From Flavobacteriales bacterium (lineage in GTDB: Bacteria > Bacteroidota > Bacteroidia > UBA4408), in contig JBEICQ010000001.1 of assembly GCA_040383885.1 (NCBI GenBank), forward strand, positions 2,838-66,837: 64,000 bases of DNA, in the 5' to 3' direction. The notes below the pieces were generated by a model. The model saw nothing but the letters and a program-made list of their open reading frames with translations, was not told the origin of the DNA and ran no database searches. Numbering within the stretch: position 1 is the stretch's first letter; each line of letters begins with the position of its first letter. Position numbers and translations under genes: made by a program. Positions 56,918-64,000 of the stretch are shown here, piece after piece.

Positions 56918-58705
56918 ATGAAAAACATCCGCAATTTTTGCATCATTGCACATATCGACCACGGCAAAAGCACCCTGGCCGACCGCTTGCTTGAGATTAC
57001 CAAAACCGTGAGTCAAAGGGAGTTGCAGGCGCAGGTGCTGGACGATATGGACCTGGAGCGCGAGCGGGGCATCACTATCAAGAGCCACGCCATTCAGATG
57101 AATTATGAGTACAAAGGCGAAAAATACATCCTCAACCTGATTGATACCCCCGGGCATGTGGACTTCTCCTATGAAGTGTCTCGCTCCATTGCTGCCTGCG
57201 AAGGAGCATTGCTCGTGGTGGATGCGGCTCAGGGCATTCAGGCGCAAACCATTTCCAATCTCTACCTGGCTTTGGGCAATGACCTGGAGATTATTCCGGT
57301 ATTAAATAAAATTGACCTGCCTGCGGCAAACCCGGAGGAAGTGAAAGACCAGATTGTGGAACTGTTGGGTTGCAAGAGAGAGGAGATCATGGCTGCTTCC
57401 GGAAAAACGGGTATGGGTGTAGACAAAGTACTCGAGGCTATTGTAGAGAGAATACCTGCTCCGCATGGAGACCCGGCAGCGCCTTTGCAGGCACTCATCT
57501 TTGATTCTGTTTTCAATCCCTTTAGGGGAATCATTGCTTATTTTAAGATTGTCAACGGGGTCATCCGTAAAAACGACAAAGTAAAATTTGTGGCAACAGG
57601 CTGGGAATACATGGCGGATGAAGTGGGTGTGCTCAAGTTGAAACAGGAGCCCCGCGAAACCATCAGCACAGGAGATGTAGGTTACATTATTTCCGGAATC
57701 AAAGATGCCCGTGAAGTAAAGGTGGGCGACACCATTACCACCATTGAAAATCCTTGTAAGAATGCCATTCAGGGTTTTGAAGATGTTAAACCCATGGTAT
57801 TTGCAGGTATATATCCTGTGGATACTGAAGACTATGAAGAACTGCGTTTTTCCATGGAAAAACTGCAGCTGAACGACGCTTCCCTTACCTGGGAACCGGA
57901 GGCTTCTGCTGCCCTTGGGTTCGGATTCCGATGCGGATTCCTGGGTATGCTTCACATGGAAATTATCCAGGAGCGACTGGAAAGGGAGTTCGGCATGACG
58001 GTAATCACCACCGTACCGAATGTATCTTACAAGGCCTATACCACCAAGGAAGACCTGATCATCGTAAACAATCCTTCTGATTTGCCGGATGTATCCAAAC
58101 TCGAATTTGTTGAAGAGCCTTTTATCAAAGCACAGATCATTACAAAAGCCGAATATATTGGTTCCATCATGACCCTTTGTATCAACAAACGGGGGATTCT
58201 CAAAAATCAGGTATACCTCACACAAGACAGGGTTGAACTGAATTTTGAAATGCCGCTGGCAGAAGTGGTTTTTGATTTTTATGACAGGCTCAAAACCCTC
58301 TCACGGGGCTATGCCTCCTTTGATTACTCACCGATTGGATACCGCCGCAGTGACCTGATAAAACTGGACATCCTCCTCAACAGCGAACAGGTGGATGCCC
58401 TTTCGGCACTCATCCACAGAGACCATGCCTATGATTTTGGGAAAAAGATTTGTGAGAAACTGAAAGAATTGATTCCACGCCAACAGTTTGAAATCCCTAT
58501 ACAGGCAGCCATTGGTGCCAAGATCATTGCCCGCGAAACCATCAAAGCTCTTCGAAAAGATGTAACCGCCAAATGTTACGGGGGTGACATCTCCAGAAAA
58601 CGCAAACTGCTCGAGAAACAGAAAGAAGGAAAAAAGAGAATGCGTCAGGTAGGCAGTGTGGAAATTCCACAATCGGCTTTTATGGCGGTGCTCAAATTGG
58701 ATTGA
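56918..58705 (+). CDS. lepA: Elongation factor 4 (translational GTPase LepA)
   Basis: [25 protein letters not shown]…DTPGHVDF…NKIDLP G-domain motifs, and the LepA-specific C-terminal domain. Confidence 0.95.
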   Translation: MKNIRNFCIIAHIDHGKSTLADRLLEITKTVSQRELQAQVLDDMDLERERGITIKSHAIQMNYEYKGEKYILNLIDTPGHVDFSYEVSRSIAACEGALLVVDAAQGIQAQTISNLYLALGNDLEIIPVLNKIDLPAANPEEVKDQIVELLGCKREEIMAASGKTGMGVDKVLEAIVERIPAPHGDPAAPLQALIFDSVFNPFRGIIAYFKIVNGVIRKNDKVKFVATGWEYMADEVGVLKLKQEPRETISTGDVGYIISGIKDAREVKVGDTITTIENPCKNAIQGFEDVKPMVFAGIYPVDTEDYEELRFSMEKLQLNDASLTWEPEASAALGFGFRCGFLGMLHMEIIQERLEREFGMTVITTVPNVSYKAYTTKEDLIIVNNPSDLPDVSKLEFVEEPFIKAQIITKAEYIGSIMTLCINKRGILKNQVYLTQDRVELNFEMPLAEVVFDFYDRLKTLSRGYASFDYSPIGYRRSDLIKLDILLNSEQVDALSALIHRDHAYDFGKKICEKLKELIPRQQFEIPIQAAIGAKIIARETIKALRKDVTAKCYGGDISRKRKLLEKQKEGKKRMRQVGSVEIPQSAFMAVLKLD

Positions 58706-58711
58706 TTTATC

Positions 58712-58783
58712 GGTCCCGTAGTACAACGGATAGTACGGAGGTCTCCGGAACCTCAGATTTGCGTTCGATTCGCAACGGGACCA
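58712..58783 (+). tRNA. tRNA-Arg (anticodon CCG), 72 nt, CCA not encoded
   Basis: Acceptor GGTCCCG/CGGGACC. D arm GTAC-AACGGATA-GTAC. Anticodon arm GAGGT-CTCCGGA-ACCTC with anticodon CCG. T arm TTGCG-TTCGATT-CGCAA. Discriminator A. Confidence 0.8.
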
Positions 58784-58847
58784 CTACCACCTGCATGGAT
58801 GGCGGTGAAAATTACTTTTACCTCTCCAATAAAAAATACCAAGCGGT

Positions 58848-59636
58848 CTAATCAACGAGCATGGGCGTTTTTCCATCGGTGATTACAATTTTACTATTGG
58901 CAGACTTACTCAATTCCTCAAAGGCCTCAATGCTTCTTATCTTGATGATTTGTTCGGTAAGTCCCTCCGAGAGAATCTTTTGTGCGTCTCTGGTACCTTT
59001 GGCTTCAATCACTTTGCGATCGGCTTCCAGGCGTTCCTGCTGAAGCACAAACTCCATGCGCATGGCATCCTGTTCTGCTTGCAGCTTTTGCTCAATACTG
59101 CGGGCAAGACCTTCCGGAAGCTGAATGCTCTTCATGAGCACAGATTCAATAATGATTCCTTGTCCCGACAGTGTTTCCGCCATCTTTTTGGAGATTGATT
59201 TTTCAATATCTGCACGCATCCCGCTATGCATGTCTTTCGCATAAAACTGTGCGCAAACATCTGCAGCAGCAGACCGAAAAACATTGGCGATGATATTCTC
59301 ATAAGACAATCCGATATTTTTAATCACATCCTGTATTTTTTTTACATCCGTTTTGTAAAGAATGGAAATCTGAGAAGTAATACTCAGTCCCTCTTTGCTC
59401 GGAAGACTCAGTGAAAGTTCAAGATTGGTGGTTTGAACGGAAGCCCTTACCACACGGGTGGTGAAAGGATTGTAGAAAACAGCACCATGTGTGTGTACCA
59501 CATCAGAGAGTTTTCCGAGTCTTTGTTTAACACCGGCCTGACCGGGTCTGATGATAGCGCATCCTTGCACAAGCAGAAAAAATAAAACTAGAGGAGCAGT
59601 GAAACTGATGCGGAAAAAAAATTGGGATGATTTCAT
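58848..59636 (-). CDS. SPFH/band-7 (prohibitin/HflC-like) domain lipoprotein
   Basis: Signal peptide ending LLVQGC, and an SPFH domain (…VQTTNLELSLSLPSKEGLSITSQISILYK…) with a coiled-coil tail. The start was moved to the internal ATG. Confidence 0.75.
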   Translation of the reverse strand: MKSSQFFFRISFTAPLVLFFLLVQGCAIIRPGQAGVKQRLGKLSDVVHTHGAVFYNPFTTRVVRASVQTTNLELSLSLPSKEGLSITSQISILYKTDVKKIQDVIKNIGLSYENIIANVFRSAAADVCAQFYAKDMHSGMRADIEKSISKKMAETLSGQGIIIESVLMKSIQLPEGLARSIEQKLQAEQDAMRMEFVLQQERLEADRKVIEAKGTRDAQKILSEGLTEQIIKIRSIEAFEELSKSANSKIVITDGKTPMLVD

Positions 59637-59878
59637 AACGATTGTTTTTACTAAAATACAACCCATGTAAAAGCGTTAAGTTTTAAAAGTAGATGGCAAG
59701 CAGCCATTTTGTAAATTATTAACAGAAACCATCATGATTCAAACCGAAGGTAGTTAACAGTTTTGCCCGACAAAAAAATGTCGTTTAGCCGGCATATGCC
59801 TATTGGCATTGGCATTATAAAACTATTAGAGATTGTTTTACAGCAGAAGCCATGCAGGAATTTTTTTAAAAATTTCTT

Positions 59879-60919
59879 TCATGGAATTTTATATTTGCGA
59901 ATACTATCTGACGATTGTTCTTTAAAAACGGAACCGGTTTTTACAAGGTATTCATATTGTTCAATAGCCTGCACAAGGTTACCCATACGAAGCAAAGAAT
60001 TGGCGAGCATCCAGCGATTGTTGTCATCAAATTTTTCAGCTCCCGTTTTTGAAAGTACCTTTTGAAGACAGCGGGCTGCCTTACTCCATTCAGCTTGATT
60101 ATAAAACTCCTTTGCACTCTTCAGGAGCCGGTCTGCCATCGAGGCATCTGAGAGAGGCTTGTCTAATTCTTTCAAACTTTTACTCTCTTGCTTGTCCTCA
60201 ACAGTGGAGATTGATTCACTCGGGGAGAGTGGGCTTCCATTCACCGGCGTTTTCATTTGCGCACGGGCTGCTGCAGACTGAGGAATGTCTTGTTGCACCA
60301 CATCCATTTCTGCAGTTTTTCCTGTGAAGTCAGTTTTTGGAACAGCATCTATCTCATTCTTTTTAAACATATTTTCCTCACGAGATGCTTCATATATAAT
60401 ATTTTCCTCGGAAAATTGTGTGACGGCTTCGCTCAGAGATTGAACCGGATTGGGTGTTTTTTTCTGAGGGGAAGGTATGGAGCCGGGCTGCTGCTCGCCT
60501 TTGTCCTCCAACGGGCTCAAGACTTCAGTCTGTGTGAATGGCACAGAATGGGGATTGATTTGCTGCCTTGACAAGTTGGCAGAAGATTGCTGCTGCATCG
60601 CCTGCTGAGCGCTTTTTTCATCCGCACGCCTGATCCAGAGCCTGGTGCTGAAAAGCACAACAAAGACGCTTGCGGCCGCAGAAACAAGGTAAAGCCATCT
60701 CCTTCTGTTATTTTTTTCGGGTGATGAAAACTTGAGAGTATTGGAGAAATCATTTTTTTGCATGGCTTCCATCCCTTCTGCATAGTCGGAGCACATTTCG
60801 CAAAACAACATATGCTTTTCTATCCGGTGCATCATGTCTTGTGTCATGCCGGAACGGACATAGGCATCCATTTGTGCATGGTCCGGGCAGGATGATATGT
60901 CATTATAGGGTTTATACAT
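59879..60919 (-). CDS. Anti-sigma factor (zinc-finger ZAS-like N-domain, single TM, periplasmic TPR-like C-domain)
   Basis: H-x3-C-x2-C (HMLFCEMCSDY), a TM helix WLYLVSAAASVFVVLF, and TPR-like helices at the C-terminus. It overlaps the upstream ECF sigma gene by 8 nt. Confidence 0.6.
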   Translation of the reverse strand: MYKPYNDISSCPDHAQMDAYVRSGMTQDMMHRIEKHMLFCEMCSDYAEGMEAMQKNDFSNTLKFSSPEKNNRRRWLYLVSAAASVFVVLFSTRLWIRRADEKSAQQAMQQQSSANLSRQQINPHSVPFTQTEVLSPLEDKGEQQPGSIPSPQKKTPNPVQSLSEAVTQFSEENIIYEASREENMFKKNEIDAVPKTDFTGKTAEMDVVQQDIPQSAAARAQMKTPVNGSPLSPSESISTVEDKQESKSLKELDKPLSDASMADRLLKSAKEFYNQAEWSKAARCLQKVLSKTGAEKFDDNNRWMLANSLLRMGNLVQAIEQYEYLVKTGSVFKEQSSDSIRKYKIP

Positions 60920-61436
60920 CCGCTTTTATTAACTGCAGAAGCATCCGCTTTCCATTCTGGATGTGGCTTTTCACTTTTCCGGTATCCCATCCCTTGCTTT
61001 GAGCAATTCCTGCATAGCTCTTGCCTTCCAGGAAAAACATGCGCAGCGCAGTTTGTTGTTCTTTATTCAATTGATGTAGATAATTTTCCATTTTCTGAAG
61101 AAGTAGTTCGAGCTGGTCTTCCTCGAAAGGATGCACCGAAACACTAAATTCCATATCATGGAATGAAATTTTTTTTGTTTGTTCTTTTCGCAACTGCATC
61201 AGACAATGGTTTCTTGAAAAGACATACAACCAGGGCCGGAAGTTTTCTATCTTATGTGCGCAGATGTTTTGCCATAACCTGGTAAAGATTTCCATGCAGG
61301 CATCCCGGCTGTTTTCAGTATCCTTGAGATACTTCAGGCAAACGGCAGACACAAATTGTTTATGCTGATGAAAAAGTTGGTCAAAAGCCTGGCCGGAGCC
61401 CTTGCAATATGCTTCTATAAGCGTACTATCTTCCAA
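60912..61436 (-). CDS. ECF-subfamily RNA polymerase sigma-70 factor
   Basis: Region 2 (…FDQLFHQHKQFVSAVCLKYLKD…) and region 4 (…ALRMFFLEGKSYAGIAQSKGWDTGKVKSHIQNGKRML…). Confidence 0.85.
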   Translation of the reverse strand: MEDSTLIEAYCKGSGQAFDQLFHQHKQFVSAVCLKYLKDTENSRDACMEIFTRLWQNICAHKIENFRPWLYVFSRNHCLMQLRKEQTKKISFHDMEFSVSVHPFEEDQLELLLQKMENYLHQLNKEQQTALRMFFLEGKSYAGIAQSKGWDTGKVKSHIQNGKRMLLQLIKADV

Positions 61437-61535
61437 TTATTTTACCTGAACATGAGCAAGTTAGTTTTTTTTCATGAATTTCGTGTGGAATTTCCTCGTA
61501 GGAAACATCCTTAAGGAAAACCAATAGAAAAGCGT

Positions 61536-63179
61536 ATGAAACGGAATCTTTTTTTCATTTGTCTGTGTGCAACACAGCTTTTGATGGCACAAACCAAAGG
61601 CACCAGGGTGCTACCCGAAAAAGCCATTGTTTATCTGAATGGCGCACAGTTGTACTACAACCAGCCCATCAATTTCCGGGAAGGAACACAGGAGTTCATT
61701 TTTGAGGGCGTGGCAGCGGGACTTGATCCCATGTCAATCAATACCTCCGGGAAAGGAAATTTTACGATCCTGGAATCAAGATTTAATGTTGTTTACCCTG
61801 ACCAGGATGCGCTGCAAAAAATACCCGGAAAGTATGCCGGGAAAATAAAAGCACTGAAAGATTCTCTGGAAGAAATAACTTATCAGCTTACCGCATTGCA
61901 TGACAAGAAAACGGTGCTTGAATCGGAGAAAATACTGTTGAATGGTCATCGGATCATCAAGGGCGAAACCCGCAAAGACTCGCTGAGTTTACTCAGGGAT
62001 GCCATGCAGTATTACCGTGACAGGATGTATAACATCAATGCTGAATTGCTGAAGACGGCAAGAGAAAATACTGCTCTCACCCGCAGCAAAGAACGCATGA
62101 ACCTGAGGTTGGCAGATTTGCAAAGATTGGAAAATGAGGTTGGTGGCAACCAGGGTGAACAGATCCTCAAGCCCCTGTACCAGGTAATTGTTAACATCAA
62201 TGCGGAAGCGGCCGGTGCCGGATCTGTACAGTTTGATTATTATGTGCAGGGTGCTTTCTGGGAACCTATTTACGATGTAAAAGCAAATGCAGGTGAAGGA
62301 AAAGTAAGTATTCAGATGAATGCAAACATTACACAGAATACCGGTTTGGACTGGAAACAGATTAAGCTCACCCTGTCAACCGGCAATCCTTCGATTGGTC
62401 AGACAAAGCCCGTGATCGGACCTTATGTGCTCGATTTTCTGAGACCAATGTATGAGCATAAACGCCTGAGGGGTGCCATGGAAGGAGATGTTCCTCAGGC
62501 CATGTCGGTTGAAACACTCAAAATGCCTTCGGTAACGGGAAGCAGCACCTTTAATCCGGTGGCAGTAAACGAAGGCGCCAACAATGTTGAGTATGACATC
62601 CAGACTCCGGCGAACATCGCCTCAGATAATAAACCTCACTTGGTGAACATCAGACAGAACCAGCTTGCGGCTGAATATCGCTATTTCGGCATTCCTCTGA
62701 GCGACCAGGATGCCTTTTTAACAGCGCGTATTACCCAATGGGAAGACCTGAATCTATTACCCGGAAATGCACGCTTGTATGTGGATGGTTCATATGGAGG
62801 AACCGCTTATATCAATCCACAGGAAACAGAGGATACCCTGAGCCTGGATTTGGGCAGAGACAAAAGCCTTGTGGTAAAAAGAAAAAAGTTCACAAAGACA
62901 CGCAAAACACTTACCGGTTCAAAAATTGTAACGGTTACCTGTGACATACAGGTGAGGAACACAAAAAATGGTCCTATTATTTTTGACCTGTTCGACAGGG
63001 TGCCACTTTCATCTAACAAAGAAATTGAGATTAAGACACTCGAAAAGACGGGCGGAAACATCGAAGAATCTACCGGCATCATTTCCTGGAAACTGAACAT
63101 CAAGCCCAAAGAAACAGCAGTTATTAAACTGGTGTATGAAGTGAAATATCCCTCCGGAAAAAATATTCCAACACCCTGA
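61536..63179 (+). CDS. DUF4139/DUF4140 (mucoidy-inhibitor MuiA-like) family protein with signal peptide
   Basis: Signal peptide, an N-terminal beta-rich domain, a central coiled coil, and a C-terminal beta domain. The length and layout match the DUF4139 family common in Bacteroidota. It is divergent from the ECF sigma operon. Confidence 0.55.
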   Translation: MKRNLFFICLCATQLLMAQTKGTRVLPEKAIVYLNGAQLYYNQPINFREGTQEFIFEGVAAGLDPMSINTSGKGNFTILESRFNVVYPDQDALQKIPGKYAGKIKALKDSLEEITYQLTALHDKKTVLESEKILLNGHRIIKGETRKDSLSLLRDAMQYYRDRMYNINAELLKTARENTALTRSKERMNLRLADLQRLENEVGGNQGEQILKPLYQVIVNINAEAAGAGSVQFDYYVQGAFWEPIYDVKANAGEGKVSIQMNANITQNTGLDWKQIKLTLSTGNPSIGQTKPVIGPYVLDFLRPMYEHKRLRGAMEGDVPQAMSVETLKMPSVTGSSTFNPVAVNEGANNVEYDIQTPANIASDNKPHLVNIRQNQLAAEYRYFGIPLSDQDAFLTARITQWEDLNLLPGNARLYVDGSYGGTAYINPQETEDTLSLDLGRDKSLVVKRKKFTKTRKTLTGSKIVTVTCDIQVRNTKNGPIIFDLFDRVPLSSNKEIEIKTLEKTGGNIEESTGIISWKLNIKPKETAVIKLVYEVKYPSGKNIPTP

Positions 63180-64000
63180 TCAGAAATCGGTATAAGTATT
63201 GAAAAGTGCGGTGCGCAAACCCAGAGAAAAAACAGTTTCGCTGTTGCGCACCCCACTTACAAAAGTGGTGTGCATAAAGTGCGACAAGAAAAACTGCAGA
63301 TTATAGGCAGGATTAATCACATAGCCAAGTTCAAACAAAGTAGTTGTGGTACGCACTTTTTTACCATTGAGAAATTCGGTTGAAAAGCGTGAAGCAGAAA
63401 TGTCTGAGAACAGCACATTACTCCCGGATAAATAGCCTGTGGAATCTCTTCCGGAAAGAAGCTCTGTGAACTTACACTGGGCGAAAAAATTTCCATATTG
63501 ATAGGATAAAATCAGAATCCTTTCGCGGAAATTTGCTCCGGCAGGATGAGCCAGGGATTGGTTATAATGCACATAATTTTGCTGATGGTTTGCTGTGGTA
63601 TAGGTGTATGCACCTGCCTGGTTCTCCTCCAGGTTCAGCATCAATCCTTTTAATCCAAACAACCTGAATATTTTCAGTCCTGCCTGCCATCCGTTTTTAG
63701 AGAATGAGCGCGAGTTTTTTTTCTTGTATTCATCCAGCAGCACCTGTCCATAGAGCAGGTATTTTTTCTTTAGACGATAATTCAGGTTAATGCCTGCAAG
63801 GGCATTGTCTGTTCCATCGAGACCATATGCCACAGCATTAAAAAAAGGCAAGGGATTAAGAATAGAGAAATTAAAAAAGGGATTTGCCGGAGAAGTTGCT
63901 CTCCAGATGATGCCATTGAATAAACCAATTTCGATGTTCTTGCCCGGGTGGAAGGTGAGATACTGAAAAGAGGCGGTTTTTTTACGAAAGGTAGGTTCGC
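63180..64000 (-). CDS. Partial outer-membrane beta-barrel protein, paralogue of 46348-47895 (Wzi-like). N-terminus lies beyond the window end
   Basis: The C-terminus ends …TYTDF. It shares …QNYVHYNQSLAHPAGANFRE… with the other copy. The open frame continues to position 64000. Confidence 0.4.
   Translation of the reverse strand, partial: EPTFRKKTASFQYLTFHPGKNIEIGLFNGIIWRATSPANPFFNFSILNPLPFFNAVAYGLDGTDNALAGINLNYRLKKKYLLYGQVLLDEYKKKNSRSFSKNGWQAGLKIFRLFGLKGLMLNLEENQAGAYTYTTANHQQNYVHYNQSLAHPAGANFRERILILSYQYGNFFAQCKFTELLSGRDSTGYLSGSNVLFSDISASRFSTEFLNGKKVRTTTTLFELGYVINPAYNLQFFLSHFMHTTFVSGVRNSETVFSLGLRTALFNTYTDF

Noticed and set aside
59700-59878. Short direct and inverted repeats (ggcatatgcc; ttggcattggcat) between the SPFH and anti-sigma genes
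   Set aside because: They are too short and isolated to call a regulatory site or mobile-element end with any confidence.
1-64000. Searched for CRISPR arrays, transposases/IS elements, integrases, phage structural genes and rRNA genes
   Set aside because: I saw no regularly spaced direct repeats, DDE/tyrosine-recombinase motifs, terminal inverted repeats or rRNA-like sequence. The only RNA gene is tRNA-Arg(CCG).

Overview
64-kb chromosomal segment that looks like a gliding Bacteroidota genome. Evidence for that: a fused gldE/gldD locus preceded by ssb, a T9SS-type gliding-motility C-terminal sorting domain gene, a TAnnTTTG-like -7 promoter box, no Shine-Dalgarno sequences, and frequent ATGA start/stop overlaps. 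The supplied ORF track uses GTG/TTG as 'M', so several starts were moved to internal ATGs. The window opens inside a >7.2-kb minus-strand gene for a giant surface protein that runs off the window edge. That protein has a signal peptide, a Pmp-like parallel beta-helix with GGxI repeats, and about 25 tandem Ig-like repeats. Most of the rest is housekeeping: murA, anmK, mpl-like ligase, ychF, sucC, a GDH-family dehydrogenase, ssb, nadD, frr, lepA, tRNA-Arg(CCG), peptidases M1, M16 (two copies) and S9, and an ECF sigma/anti-sigma pair. Five things stand out. First, a tightly packed 5-gene minus-strand operon (21821-29113): DUF1987 (SiaC-like) protein -> tandem TIR-like protein -> 1326-aa nSTAND-type P-loop NTPase -> 8-TM protein with four internal '(K/R)xQHWPG' repeats -> coiled-coil PP2C (SpoIIE) phosphatase. 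This is my best candidate for an undescribed signalling or defence-like system. Second, two more paralogous PP2C phosphatases with different sensor domains, one periplasmic beta-propeller/YYY-TM and one TPR. Third, a translationally coupled operon: sensor-PP2C -> radical SAM/SPASM -> YraN -> RluB-like protein with a long basic N-tail -> lipoprotein. Fourth, an in-frame GldE-GldD fusion. Fifth, an apparently frameshifted T9SS-CTD gene. No CRISPR array, transposase, integrase or rRNA was found.
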